A DNA stretch of 64,000 nt, taken from the human T2T-CHM13v2.0 reference genome, Homo sapiens. Location: the NCBI RefSeq assembly GCF_009914755.1, contig NC_060926.1; one strand, 5' to 3'. Numbering within the stretch: position 1 is the stretch's first letter; each line of letters starts with the position of its first letter. Positions 14,821 to 29,093 of this stretch are shown one piece after another. The notes below the pieces were generated by a model. It had not been told where the DNA came from, did no database searches, and saw only the letters and a list, made by a program, of their open reading frames with translations. The position numbers were made by a program, and so were the translations under genes.

Positions 14821-16918
14821 CTATTCAGGAATTCCGTAAAGCGTTAATGCCATGTTGGTGGCTTGAAATGAGCCCAGGTGGGGGTATCACACCACGGGAC
14901 TGGACACCCTGCAGATCAGTCCCTCCATCCCTATTATGCCACTGGCCGGCTAGAAGGGGCCAGTCAGCACCAGAAGTAGAAGAAAAAGGAAGGAGGTGAG
15001 GGGCCATGGCAGTGCCACCTGGCCCAGTCTGGGGCTCAGGGCTCAGTGGTGCCACATCACAAGCCACATCACTTGTTACCCACTTTACAGTTTGCTTAAG
15101 CCCCTGACGCCACTGCAGCCTCGTGTGCTGTGCTGAGGGCTCTAGCTGCAGTCAGCTGCCCCTTGGCCGACACCTTCTGCCTAGGGGACCACCGGGCACA
15201 CTCCTCACCCGGAGGAGGGGCAAGATTGGTGGATATGAGGGCAGGGATCTAGCAGCCTGCTCTGCGCTGTACTAAGCATGGGCTCAGCACACAATCAGGC
15301 ATACGACAGCCTCACATGTGACACACATGACGGTCACACCATGGGTGGGACTCCACTTTATGCAGCCAAGCCACTGAGCTCACGTGGCCGTGGGTGTCAA
15401 CATCCCAGGCTCCATTTCCAGGAATGCCAGGGACAGCTGGGTCCCTAGGTAGGTGGCCTTAATATCCTCCCTGTAGAACAATGGTGATGCCAGAGGTCCC
15501 TTCAGCTGTGATAGTCAAAGATCTTGTGGTTGTAAGTTGCAAAGTCCCTGAGTTGCTGCTGAGGCCGAGCCCCCTCTCTTCCCACGGCGTGCCACCCCAT
15601 GCTCTGGGCTGCCTTCACTCCCTGCCCAGCTGGCTACTCCTGGGCTTCAGCCCCTCCATGCCCAGGTGCCTCCCACGGCTCCCCCTCAGACTTGCCACAG
15701 CTCTTCAAGCACTCCACAACCACACCAAGCATGCCATCCACCCCCACCTGTCATCACAGGAGGGGCATCCTCCCGAGCCCCACCCTCTGTGGCCCACCTC
15801 ACAGCCAGTCAGTTGGGTCCTGTCCACTCCACCTCCCAGAACCCTGAGTCAGCCTCCTCTCCTCCACCCGCTCAGCCACCCAGGAGAGGCCTCCCTAGTG
15901 GCTGCCTTCTGTCTCCTTCCCCATCTCCTTCCCAGCAGCCCTTTCTCCACACAGCACCCATGGGTTCATCTGCAGACAGCATGGCCACACATGCCACTCC
16001 AGGTCACTTTGGTGGCTCCCCACAGCCCTCCCTCTGCTCTTGCCTGGTGAGGTCCTAGGGAGAGCTGGCAGGGAGAAGCCCTGAAGGTATGCGAGCAGAG
16101 AGGGTGTTTCCCAAAAGCAGCCTGGCTCTGGGCAGCATGGGGGATCCCGAGAGAACCAGGATCCAGGCACGAGGAGCTGCCCGGGATCACATGGGAACAG
16201 TGGACGTGGGGAAGGGCACCCAGCATGAAACGGTGGAAATGAAACTCCACTGCTTCTGGGACAGGAAAACTCTCGCCCACTCCGAAGGCCGGGTTGGATG
16301 TCTGTTCCTCACAGACTGGCCCGGCCCAATCCCTGTGTATGGAAGGCAGGGAAGCCAGTGGGGCACCAGCACTGCGGGCAGCAGGGTCACCTTTGAAGGA
16401 GCGGGTGCATTACACTCAGATCGCTCACAGCTGCGTCAAACAAACTCCAGGAGAAAGGACTGCGGGGAGCCACCGAACTGCATAAAGGGAGGCTCTTGGG
16501 AGTGGAACTGTGGCAGTTTCCTTCTCTTTATGTTTCTGTTATCTTTTATGTTTCCAGGTTTCTCCTTATTCTCTAAGACGAGTAGTATTGCCTGGACGAG
16601 GAACGCCCTACACAGTGCCTGCCAAAGGCTGACTGTCATCCCTGTGTCATTTGAGGGTAAGAGTTTCTCAGGCCCTTGGAGCCCACAGCAGCAAGGGAAG
16701 GCTGACCCCTGCTCGCCACCACCTGCCTTCCCAGCGGTTCCGGCCGGGCTCACCTGACGGCCTCCGTCTCCAGGGAAAGGCCCAAGGGACTCAGGGGCAA
16801 GAGGACCCTTGCCAGGGAGCAGTGGCACCTCGGGGCCTCCCATTCCAGCCCCGCACCCTTCACGGCTCTGTTCTCCTCGACATCCCTCCTGTGCCTGAAG
16901 GAACCGCCTCTCACCCAC

Positions 16919-16984
16919 CTCCACCTCAATGCTGCTGCTGGGGCTGCTCCGGACCCTGTTCCTGTCTCTCCCCACTTTCTTTTC
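16919..16984 (-). CDS. LIMS2: LIMS2 in-frame 66-nt cassette exon (RKRKWGETGTGSGAAPAAALRW)
   Basis: Acceptor CTCTCCTGTTTTCTAG|G and donor GAG|GTGGGT; 66 nt, phase 2/2, no stop between MTG and SNMSD. Confidence 0.75.
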
Positions 16985-17861
16985 CTAGAAAACAGGAGAG
17001 TGAGAACCAGCCAGCTGGCAGGGATGCTCTGAGGAAAATGGGAGGCAGCCCCGCTAGAACCCTAGGGGGTGACCACAGGCAGCCAGTGGGCCTGCAGATG
17101 CCACTCTCCGGGGGATGAGTCCCTCCATCTCACTGCAGAGGGGCCTGGGCCAAGGCTTAGAGGTGACTCCAAGTCAGGGGAGCTAACTGGGAAGAGAGGC
17201 TTGGGGAGAAGAAAGGGAAGTGTGTCTGGAGGGCAGGACTTACAAAGTGACAAGTTACAGGCTATTTTTGGTTCCTGGGCTGCCCTGAGACCCCAGGCCA
17301 CAGCCTTAATGGCGATCACAGAGGCAGCTCCCCTGTGGGCCTCGGATTTGAGACTGCAATCCTGGACACTGCCCTGTACCCTCCAAGCCCCTTTCCCCAG
17401 CAAAGCCACAGGTCACTCTCCGGGCTGGGGCTCCCCAAGAGCCCCAGGTCATGGGATCCTGAAGAACAGCATCCCCCTGCCAGGACTTGGCTGGGGGAGA
17501 CCAGGGCCTCAGGGACAGCCCCCTCCCACCCAGTCCTGAGTCATGCACTTGTACCCAGCTAGGTTCCAGAAAGGGCTGCAGGGACAAACACTGGCCGGAC
17601 ACTGGTGGACCTGTGACTGGCCTCCTGAGTGGCTCAGCCTCTGTGGCCTCTGGTGACCTCATCTGTGAAATGGCAACGAGGGGCCTGAGAGCAGAGGGTG
17701 GGCCAGGCCCAGGGGAGCGCCCTGTCCCCAACCAACCCCTGCACAGCTGGTGCTTGGGCGCAGCTCTGGCCAAGTTCCAACATACCCTTCAACATTTTTA
17801 ACATTTTTACCACCCCAGGTTTACAGAGGAGGAAACGGAAGGCTCCAGAGATGACACTCAC

Positions 17862-18010
17862 CGGGATCGGGGATCGCACAGCGCGGGCTCGGGGAAGTTG
17901 GGGGAGGCACGCAACCTTTGAACCTTTTGCCCGTGGTTGGTGTCTGACCTTGGACAAGACCCCCTCCCGCAGCCCTGGGCGTCGGTTGTGAGCAGACGGC
18001 TGTCCCATCT
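17862..18010 (-). other. Candidate additional LIMS2 first/5'UTR exon
   Basis: Consensus donor CCG|GTGAGT at 17862/17861 within the CpG island; the upstream ATG (MGQPS…) is out of frame with the LIM1 exon; the 5' limit is unknown. Confidence 0.45.
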
Positions 18011-18254
18011 TGCAGCGGGCGGGTGGGCAGGAGCTCCACCTTCCGCTGCAGGCGCTCGCCCAGAGGAAGAGGCGCGGGGGCTGGGGGACCCCTGCCCCGA
18101 CGGGCGCTGCCGCCCCGGCAGCTGCGAGAATCCGACGCGCCAGGGCGGAGCGGGGATCGTGGCGCCGCGGGGCTGTACGAGGGCGAGCTGCGCCTCGGCC
18201 AGGGGTCCCGCAGTCCCGCCTCCCCGGCCCGGGGGCGTGGGTGGGGGCCGTTAC

Positions 18255-18265
18255 CTTCCCGTCAT
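18255..18265 (-). CDS. LIMS2: LIMS2 canonical first coding exon (ATG ACG GGA AG = MTG-S)
   Basis: Strong Kozak GCCACCATG; donor AAG|GTAACG; splices in frame to give MTGSNMSDAL, the known PINCH-2 N-terminus. Confidence 0.93.
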
Positions 18266-19647
18266 GGTGGCAGCGACGCCGAGCCCTGGGTTGCCGGGGT
18301 TGCCGCGGGTCTCCCTCTGCTGCTGCAGCCGCCAGCCGAGCGCCCGCCCGCCAGCCCGGGCCGCGGAGCAGGGAGACGCCCAAAAAAGGCCAAGAGCCGC
18401 TCCGCCCGCGAGAGGGGTGGGCGGGGGTGGCAGGGTGGGGCCCGCGGGGCGGGGTGGGATGGGGAGGTCAAGGCTGAGGGTGGTGGGGGTGTTGGGGAGG
18501 TGACGGTGGGAGGTTGCGGGAGTATAGGTGGGGGTGGGGGTGGCAGGTGGGGGTGGCGGCGGGTAGGGTTGGAGGGGTGGGGGTTAAAGGTGGGGCTGAC
18601 GGTGGGGTTGGAGGGGTGAGAGTGAGGCGGGGGTGGGAGTGGGGGTAAAAGTAGGGGTAAAGGTAGAGGGTGGGCCCCGCTCCCGCACAGCCCCAGCTCC
18701 AGGGACACGGAGCGCGGCCAGCGGCGGGCGCGGGTCAAGTCCTTCCCAACCCGGGCTCTGCTCGCCACCTCCTGGATTCCGGGCATAGCTTTCCTTTTAA
18801 AGGGAGTAAAGTTATAATAAACGCGAACAAGCACCCCCACCCCCACAGCCCCGCCGGGACGCCCCGCCCGGCGCCCCCTCTGCAGTCCCTGGGCCGCCCC
18901 AACCGCAAACGCGTGCAGGAGATGGTAGGCGTGGGGGCGATGCTGAGACCACCTCCCTCCCGGGCTTTCCTAGCCCGGAGTTCCCACCGCGGATCTGGGC
19001 ACTGACTCCCTCCCGAGGCACCCGGGACCGCCGAGTCCACGCAGTCCCGCCCCCAGGGAGGCTAAAGCCGAGAGGCGTCCCTCTTCAGTCGCAAAGCTGC
19101 TTTCCCCGGGAAATTCCGATTTCATCCCCCGTTGCGGGCCATCGCCCTAACTTGGCGAAAGATATTTCTTAAACGACAAAACCAAATGCCCAGCTCCCAG
19201 GTTTCCAGGGGAACCAGGCACGCCTCTGTATAATGAAGCGCTGAGAAGCTACCATTAGAGGCGTTAAGATGGAGGGGTAATATAAACTATTTAGGGAATC
19301 TCTTCGGAGGAAATTTTCAAACAAACAAAACAAAAAACCCCCGCCCTGCCTAAAGGCAGATATTTCCAGCTGGACAGTGGCGTGCAGCTCATCTTTGGAA
19401 GCAGCCCAGATGTCACACTGAGGTTTGGGAGCTGGGCGGCCTGATGTGTAAATGTGGTGCTACTCCGGTCTTGGCAGCAGAGAAAGATGATCTAGAAATG
19501 ACGGTGTGAATTAGCAACCCACAAATAAACTGGTGCCGTTCAGAAAGATGAGTTGATAGTATCCTGCAGTTCCACCTGCAGAAATAAGCTGGGAAAAGAC
19601 ACCTGTTCCTAAGTGGCTGGTATTGTGGAGTGCCTTTGCAGTTGTTA

Positions 19648-19895
<248 letters not shown>

Positions 19896-20436
19896 CTGTC
19901 TCGAGTTATTACTTCTTGTTGCGAGCGTGTCTCAGCTGATTCGGCTTAACTGTAATTTGATGGTTGATTAAGCTTAAGTATGGATAATTTCTTGGCTCAC
20001 CTGCTCATACAGGGAGAAAGGCTTTCCACCATTACTGACACAGAGGTGTAGGCATGCTGGGGCCGTGCACCAGAAATCCACTGCTGGACGGTTAATTGAA
20101 TATCAGGGTCTTGTGGGAACCAAAGAGGATGAAAAGTTGAAAGCATTACACCAGAGGCCCATGCTCTCCACAGAGGAGACCACATTCCTGCCTTTTAGCC
20201 CAAAAGCCTCCCTGCATATGATAGCTGAGCACACACGGATCTGTATGTGGCCAAACCAGGACCCTATGCAGCTCCCAGTGTGCCTCATCCCTGGGCCAGG
20301 GCAAGCTCAGTAACAGCTGGTAGGGGTTGTGGGCATGGCTTAGCCCTGCTGGAGATGCAGAGGCTTCAAGGAGCCAGGGCCAGCCTCCCACAGTTCAGCC
20401 AAGAGGGCAGAGTTGCAGGAAAGAGCTGGCAATCAC

Positions 20437-21870
20437 ACATTCACACACTTATCCACTTGTTCCTTCAAGAGTATTTATACCGCATGGGCACTGGAAGTAC
20501 TAGGGGGAGAAAGAAGCCATGGACCAGGCTCTCATGGAGTTTAGCAGGAGGTGGAGGATGGGCAATAAACAAATAAATAAATACGCAAACTAGATTTTAG
20601 ACAAGGGTAAGTGCTGCAAAGAAAAGGACAATGGTGGTGGCTGCTTTAGAGTGAAGGGTGAGGGAAAGTTTCTGAGCAGGTGACATTCAAGCTAAACCAG
20701 AATAAGGGAAAGAGCCAGCCCTCAGCCATCTGCAGGAAAAGCATTCCGGCAGAACAGCAAGTGCAACAGCCCTGAGGTGACATGAGCTTGGGGTACGCAA
20801 GGTCAGAAAGAAGACCAGTGGGTCTGGAAAAAGGGGAGGTGGCAGGTGGAGGGGCACGGGAAATAAAGGAGAGGGCCCAGGGCAGAGCAGCAGGGCCACA
20901 GCAGAAGTAGGATTCCACCCTTAGATGGAGAGTTCTAAGCAAAGACAGACACAACACTCTAGCATCAGCAGGGGTGAATCTCAGAAATACTGACTGAATG
21001 AAAAAAGAGCACCTTTTCCATCTATATCAAGTTCTAGAATAGGCAACATTTGTCTGTGGTAGAAAAAATCAGAACGGTGGCTGCCTCAGGCTGGTCTATT
21101 ACACCCCGGACTGCCCTGAGGTGGCAGGACAGGGGTTGACTAGGAAGGAATGTGAGGGAGTTTCTGGGGTAACAGGCAATGTTTTAGTAGGAGTTTGGGT
21201 CACACAAGTGTATATGCCTTTGTTAAAACTCATGGAATATATGGCCAGGATTTGCACATTTCATTATATGTACATTTTACCTCAAAAGAAAAATACCGTA
21301 AACGATACTGAACTCCAGTTAATGACATACAATGCTGAAGTGTTTAGGTAGAAAGGTACTGATGTCTGCAACTTACTTTGAAATACATTGTTTAAATCAA
21401 GATGAGCCGATGTGGTGGATCCCCGTAGTCCCAGCTAGTCCTTAGCTACGGGGAGGCTGAGGAGGGAGGATCACTTGAGGCCAGGAATTCAAGACCAGCT
21501 TGGGCAACATAGCATGACTCTGCCTCTAAAAAATGAACTCAAGATGGGGAGATGGGTAAAGGGAAGGACAGAGAGGTGGTAACGTGAGTCTACGACGATA
21601 TTAATGGGAGAATCTAGGTGGTGGGTATCTGGGTTTTCAACTTTGATGAGTGCTTGAACTTTTTCATAGCAAAAGGGGGAAGTGTCCCTAGCTGCTGTGT
21701 GGCCACTGTGTGAGGGACAGAGTGGTCTCAGGGACAGTCTGATTAGAGGCTATGGTGAGCGTCCAGGAGGGACTGGTGCCTTGGGCCGTGCGACAGTAGG
21801 GACATTGAGAAGGCATCAAACACAGGATCTATTTTGCAACCAACAGGATTTGCTGGGAATCTGGATGTGT
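20437..21870. mobile_element. L2 fragments interrupted by an old L1M 3' piece and a FLAM (21405-21530)
   Basis: L2 3'-like CATTCA…GAGTATTTA…CTCATGGAGTTTA; L1M-type 3' UTR at 20960-21680. Confidence 0.55.
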
Positions 21871-23547
21871 GTGTGTGGCCGGCGTGGGCGTGGTCAGCAC
21901 AGGTGTGGTGGTTGTGGGGCAGGTGTGTGTGTGGCAGGTGTGAATGTACAGCCGTGGGAGTCAAGAGGACTTGCAGGTGGCCTTGCTTTCCTAGATATTG
22001 GTGGCAGTGGGACAGTCTGGGCAGGTTAGCGAGGGGTGACGTTGCATTGGGCCCTCCCCAGGCATCCCAGGGGAGATGGTGGGCGGGGCACTGTGAACCT
22101 GGAGCAGGGAAGAGAGGTCCATTCTCCAGCGTAGATGCAGAAGGCTTGGTACAAATGGAATTTCAACTCTAGGGCTCCATGGAGACCCTGGGGTGTCTGT
22201 ACCAGTCAGGAGCCCTCCAAGGGTAAGAGGTGGGACTGGCAGAAAGTGAGGGGGAGAGCAGGAGAGTGTGAGGTGCCACAGAAGCCCGGAGGGAAAGAGC
22301 TCCAGGGAGGAGGTGCGCCACTGCCCCGTGTGCACACTGCTGCGTGCAGAGGCCAGGGAAGCATCTGGGTTTGGGTCAAGAGCCGGTCCCTTGGAGTGAG
22401 GGGCCTGAGTCCAGCTGCAGAGGGGCAGGCAGGGCCCCTGCAATGCCTCCCCCAGGAGCACCCCTCCCTGGGGTCTGTGTAGATGGTGCTCCCCAGAGTG
22501 CTGCACACAGTGCCCCTGGGGGGAGAATGCTCTGAAAGGGGGGGCAGAGAAGAGACGGCAGTTGGAAGTGGGGAGGGGAAGGGGAGGGAAGGTGAGAATG
22601 CAGTGTCCATTCCCAGGTCTTATGGGATGGCATCACTGAGGGACATTCAGAGAGTGGCTTGAATCACACACTTAGTCTTCGCTGGGGGACAGTGGGGCTC
22701 TGAGGCTGAGGCTGGGCCACAGAGTGACATGACAGCTGTCCTAGAAGGTGAAGGAGGTGCAGCATCTCCCTGGGCACGAGCCTTCTGCCCTCTGGGGTTC
22801 AGGGCAGGTGGGCACCCCCTTTGCTGGGCAGGTACCCGAGTTTCTCCACCCCCCACCTTCTCCCTTCCCTACTCCAGGGGACAGCTACCTGAGACAGCCC
22901 AGGGCCCAACGCTCGTGGGAGCTGGGACCCAGGGCCAAGAGAGGGGCTGGGCTTGGTCAGCGTGGCTAATCAGCAGTAGGAGGCTGAGGAGAACCCGGGG
23001 TCTCAAAGTGCCTCAATGAGCCTCCGCCAATATCCAGAGCCACAGCCCTGTCCCCATGTGACCACAGGGAATGGAGAAGGCCTTGCAGCTCTCAGGAGGC
23101 CTCAGGGTCTCCTGCCACAGCCCAGGTCCTGGGGCAGGAGCTAGCATGCCTTCCCAACAGGTAGGCTGTTCATCCTGCCTGTTCCAAGAATGGCCCCGTG
23201 TGATGTGAGGCCACCCAGACGGCCACTCTACAAGGCCTGTGCCCCAAATCTGGTTAAGGCCTGTCCCTTTCAGGGCACTGGGAACTGGCAAAACACAGAG
23301 ACCTGCCGAATATCAACACAAAGTTCAAAGCCTTCAGCCGCCTCCTGCGAGACCAAAGTTAACTTGGGAAGTGGCTGTGAGAACCCCCCGGGGGGGAGCG
23401 GGGAAGCACCTGCACAGCCGGAGCCCTCCCGGGCGGCTCCCTGGGCCAAAGGAAGAATAGTGAGCAGGACACCGCCCCTGGCACCCACAGGTTTCACAAC
23501 ACATTGAAAAGTAAATGTCTCTTTTTAAAACTAGGAGCATAAAACCA

Positions 23548-23730
23548 GCTGGGCACGATGGTGCATGCCTGTGGGCCTAGCTCTTCATGAGGCTGAGGTG
23601 GGAGGATCGCTTGAGCCCAGGATTTCGAGGTTACAGTGAGCTATGATTGTGTCACTGCACTCTAGCCTGGGCAGCAGAGCAATCTCCTGTCTTTTAAAAA
23701 TAATCATAATAAATAAATAAAAATAAAAAT
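23548..23730 (+). mobile_element. Alu monomer (FRAM / right arm)
   Basis: Alu right-arm sequence plus A-rich tail. Confidence 0.8.
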
Positions 23731-25334
23731 ATGAGCCTGCCCTCAGAACTGTCATTAGACACACCCTCTGACCAGCACAAAATGGCCTTACTTCTCCCTG
23801 TGCCACACGGCAGCTCAGTGAGAGAAGCTGGCGGAATGTCGATCCACAATTCTCTCAACATTTGCAGAACACACAAGAGACCCAGGGATTCTTTTCAGTC
23901 TGAGGGGAACACAGTGCCCTTCTTGAAAGTCTGATTTACTCAGGAGTAGAGGTGGACCATCGAGCTTCACAATTTTCCAAAGATGACCTGGCCTTGGAGT
24001 TCGGGAGGAAAAGGCCATCTCACTCTCGCCTTTGCTCTGGGACAGACTCCATTCATCTCATGGGTTTGGCTACCCGAGGGCAGCCCCCACCACATATCCA
24101 GGAATGCCACATTTTAACACCTCAACACATCATGCCGTCGAGTATCCAGCAAGAAGCCTCCTGGGCGCAGAGCTCCTCACCTGCGGGGCACCTGCCTCTC
24201 CCTGCCTCTGAGAGTATCTCTTCCACATACTGAGGGTCACTTTGCTTCTTTTTTCCCATTGTGACCTTCCCACTGGAGCTTGTTCCACTCTGTCCAGGGG
24301 AAAGAGCAGCTGCCCATCCCAAGCCCAGCCTATCCAAACGTGGCCTCGCCCGCAGAAGGCCCCGCGTGCGGCCACAGTGGGCTGAACCTTCACCGTCCCC
24401 ATGCCGCCTGACGGAGGGCAGCCCCTCCAGGGCTGTTCCTTGACCCCAAATGAGCAACATTAGCACAACCACTCAGAGTACAGGGAATTGCAGGGGCAGC
24501 GCAGCGATTGGCAGGTGGAAAGGACCTCCCGGGGCCCTGTGCCCATCACAGAGTCTTTACCTCTGTGGCTGAGATGCCGCTCCGCCTCCTCGGGTGCTTC
24601 CTTCCCTGAGCGCCGCCAGCAACTTCTCTGAGGGAAATAGCAGCTGCCTGGCCCGCTTGGCACAGCCACGTGCAAGACTGAGCAGCCGCCAGGAGTGTCC
24701 GGCCACCACGGGGCACCCAGGCACGGCAGCTTCACCTCTCCCTGGGCAGGAGGCTTGGCCAGAGGTCCTTAGCTGGAGGCAGAGGCCGGAGGCACCTTGG
24801 GGTCAGGAGGAGACGGAAGAAGCCGCGGAAGGAAAGGCGGCCTCCCCAGGGAGGTGCTGCTCCGGGCCCAGAGCCAGGCCCACAAAACAAAAGGAGCAGC
24901 GGCTGCCCTCTGAATCCAGAGAGGCCGGCAGAGGGGCAGCCCCAAAATGAGCATTTCTCGAAGCCCTGAGCGCAGGAGCCCGGCCGAGTAGCCTGATGTT
25001 CACAGTATCCACGGACAGACTGCAAAAGAAGCCCCACAGTGAAAAGAATCCTGGCAACTAATTACGTGAACAACCCAAGAACAGCTACTAGGATGCTGTC
25101 TTGCCAAGTACTATTTTCCCTGAAAAGAGGAATATCTCAGGACTATTTATATTAAAATAACATAAATGAATTATTTTATAATTTTCTGCTATAAAACTTT
25201 CATTGTATTAGAAATGCCCAGAAGTAGAAAGAAGAAAAATCACCTCCAGAAGATGGGTACTGCAACACTTTGTTCACTTTTAACCATGTACATTTATTTT
25301 TTGCCTGATTGTGATCATTTTGTGGTTTGCAATC

Positions 25335-25640
25335 TTTCCTTTCCTTCCTTTCTTCCTTCCTTTCTTTTCTTTCCTTCTTTCTTTCTTTCTTCCTTTCTTT
25401 CTTTCTCTTTCTCTTTCTTTCTCTCTCTCTCTCTTTCCTTTTCTTTCTCCCTCTCGCTCTCCCTCTCTTTCTTTCTTTCTTTTTTTTTTTTTTTGAGACA
25501 GAGTCTTACTCTGTCACCCAGGCTGGAATGCAGTGGCAGGATCACAGCTTACTGCAGCCTTGACCTCCCAGGCTCAAGCCATCTTCTCGCCTTGGCTTCC
25601 CAAAGTGCTGGGGTGATGGGTGAGAGCCACTGGGCAGCAC
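25335..25640 (-). repeat. (TTTC/TC)n polypyrimidine microsatellite grown from the tail of a deleted Alu
   Basis: ~160-nt near-pure pyrimidine run followed by an Alu reverse complement. Confidence 0.88.
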
Positions 25641-26446
25641 TGGCCTCTGTTTGCAATTTCATATCAGTTTCTTCATAAATAAATGGCAGCTGTCTGCCTC
25701 TGCATCGTATCAGTGCGCATCAGGGCTGCCCTGGGTCTTGTAGCTGAGAGGCACCACTCACAATGTGCTGTGCCCCAGGATCTCCCTGGTCTTGTGCTAT
25801 TTGGAAGAAGGAGTGCTGGGATTTATGTAAACTGTGTACATGATTTCTGTGTCCAACTTTTATGAGCACAACTGGTTTGCATTTTCAGTCAAATTTTATA
25901 CCCCTCCAGCGGGGGACTATTTGCTTTTACACAACACGGAGCCCAACAGAGAGCCAGCTAGAGATAAAGCAGGCACTAGAAGATGTGTTGAAACCAGTGA
26001 TGTATTACTCTATAGCCACTTTGGATTTTTAGAGACAGAGTCTCACTCTGTTTCCTATTCTGGAGTAAACTGGAGTGATTATAGCTCACTGCAGCCTCAA
26101 ACTCCTGGGCTCAAGCAATCCTCCTGCCTCAGCCTTCTGGGTAGTTTGGACCACAGGTGTGAGCCACAATGCCCAGTCCCATGTATTGTTACATTTTTAA
26201 AAATAACCTACCCGCATGTTATAAATATGCTATATGCCAGAGTGTAAACTGCTCAGTAAATATTTACAGTGTGTTGTTGTAAACATTCTTGGTAAGTTTC
26301 ACACTTGTATGAGGAGCTGCCTAAATGTAGAGTGTATATCATCCTGTTTTGCTCAAAGAATCTCAAATATCACTTTACCCAACATATCTATTCCTGAACT
26401 GGATTTGTATAAATAAAAAACAGTTTGACCAGTACCTGTAGCTCTA

Positions 26447-26560
<114 letters not shown>

Positions 26561-26651
26561 TCATACAAATATTTTTTTAAAAGAAAGAAAAATAATAACA
26601 GACTCTGTTTGAAAACCAATTCACTCTCAAACTCATTTTTCATATTCCAGA

Positions 26652-27161
26652 TGTTACAGTATGGTATGAGGCCACCACTTCTCTTGTTGGCCTTCTCAGT
26701 TTCTCCCCAACCTCCCCTTTTCCCTAGTTTATAAGACAGGAGAAAAGGGAGAAAGCAAAAAGTTGGAAAGAAACAGAAGTAAGATAAATAGCTAGACGAC
26801 CTTGGCACCACCACCTGGCCCTGCTGGCTAAAATAATAATAATATTATTAACCCCTGACCAAAACTACTGGTGTTATCTGTAAGTTCCAGACATTGTATG
26901 AGAAAGCACTGTAAAACTTTTTGTTCTGTTAGCTGATGTATGTAGCCCCCAGTCACGTTTCTCACGCTTACTTGATCTATTATGACTTTTTCACGTAGAC
27001 CCCTTAGAGTTATAAGCCCTTAAAAGGGCTAGGAATTTCTTTCTCGGGGAGCTCGGCTCTTAAGACACGAGTCTGCCGACGCTCCCGGCCGAATAAAAAA
27101 AAACCTCTTCCTTCTTTAATCTGGTGTCTGAGGAGTTTTGTCTGCGACTCATCCTGCTACA
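26652..27161 (+). mobile_element. Solo LTR10-family (HERV-I) LTR
   Basis: TG…CA ends; 3' GAGTCTGCCGACGCTCCCGGCCGAATAAA…GAGGAGTTTTGTCTGCGACTCATCCTGCTACA typical of LTR10. Confidence 0.75.
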
Positions 27162-27932
27162 ACAGCTGCACACTAGCCTGAGATCTGCCCCAGGAGAGGC
27201 AGCCTGGGAAGCCCACAGTGCAGTAAGTTGGCCCGGCACTAACGTTGATCTGCCAAATGGGCATGTGCACAGGGCTGACCAGCTACGGGCAGGCCCACCG
27301 CCTCTGCCACGTACCCCCAAGAGAAGCTGCAACCCCACTGCGCTTCTGTCCATGTGGATCCAGCCCATTGGTGTGAGGTCAAAGGGTGAGGGAGATCAAC
27401 CACACACCTTCTGCCAGACGTGGGCAACGCAAAGACACTTGGAACCCATGGCCTCTGCTGGACAAGAAGTGGGTGCAGGTGCTGGGGAAGAACAGGGCTG
27501 GGCCTGCATCTGATGTTTACTCTGTGAGGCTTAAAAGTGTTGTAACAGTCTGAAAACATATGCTAATGGAGGCAGCGTGGCACGGTGGATCCTGGAACGT
27601 AGACTACAGAGCCGGGCTACTTGGGTTCAGATACTGTCTCACACTCACTGTATGATCTTGGACAACTCCTTCACTTCTCTTGGCTTCAGTCTCCTCATGT
27701 ATAAAATAAGGTTGATAACAACAGTACCTTCCTCATAAGAATGTTGTAAGGCGTAAGAAAACTCATATGTGAAAGTGGTTATCAAACTTTTTGGTCTCAA
27801 TACCACTGTCTTATACTCTTAAGAAGTGTTGAGTATATCAAAGAGCATTTATTTATATGGGCTATATCTATCAATATTTACCATAATAGAAATTTAAATG
27901 ATACATGTTAAGAATATTTCATTATTAATTTA

Positions 27933-28537
<605 letters not shown>

Positions 28538-29093
28538 AAGAATATTTCATTATTAGTTTACAACTCAATAAGAAAACTATTACATATGAATGCAATATGA
28601 ATACAATGACATATCTTTATTAAAAAACTGTATTTTCTTAAACAAGAAATAATTACTAAGACTTCTGTACCCAGCCAAGATGGAGTAGCAGCAGCCAGAC
28701 AAAATACATGAAACAATTGTTTCTGGGATACTGAACATCAGGCAGCGAGGGACAGTGATCTGTAAGAGATGGGCAACAAAGGAAGCCATGATTGCCCCAG
28801 CGTTCTGCTGTGAGAATACTTCCAAGGCCTCGCCCAGGGAGGGGAAAGCCAGGTGGGGCTGAGAAGACTCCTCGAGTTGTGGAGCTGAGAGTACAGGGAG
28901 ACCAAGGCAGCCAGATGCCACAGGACTGGATACCAGACAGGAGGAGGCTGCACAGAGAGTGGACACAGATCTCTAGAGGGTTCCCCCAAGTATTCCACTG
29001 AATGCTGATAAGCATGTGTGTGTGATGAAACTATCGTGGGCCAGGAAAGAAATATTTAGGAGGATTATACATGGGGGAGGGAGATGGATTAAC

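Larger units (their letters stand above)
17850..19230. promoter_or_regulatory. CpG island / main LIMS2 promoter with G-rich tract
   Basis: Very high GC and CpG density around the first coding exon; GC boxes; runs of GGGG(T) at 18413-18676. Confidence 0.88.

Noticed and set aside
18793-18803. CArG-like CCTTTTAAAGG in the LIMS2 promoter
   Set aside because: Seven A/T between CC and GG, so not a canonical SRF site.
17634-19040. Long Pro/Arg/Gly-rich ORFs in the LIMS2 CpG island
   Set aside because: Compositional artefacts; only 11 coding nt are supported here.
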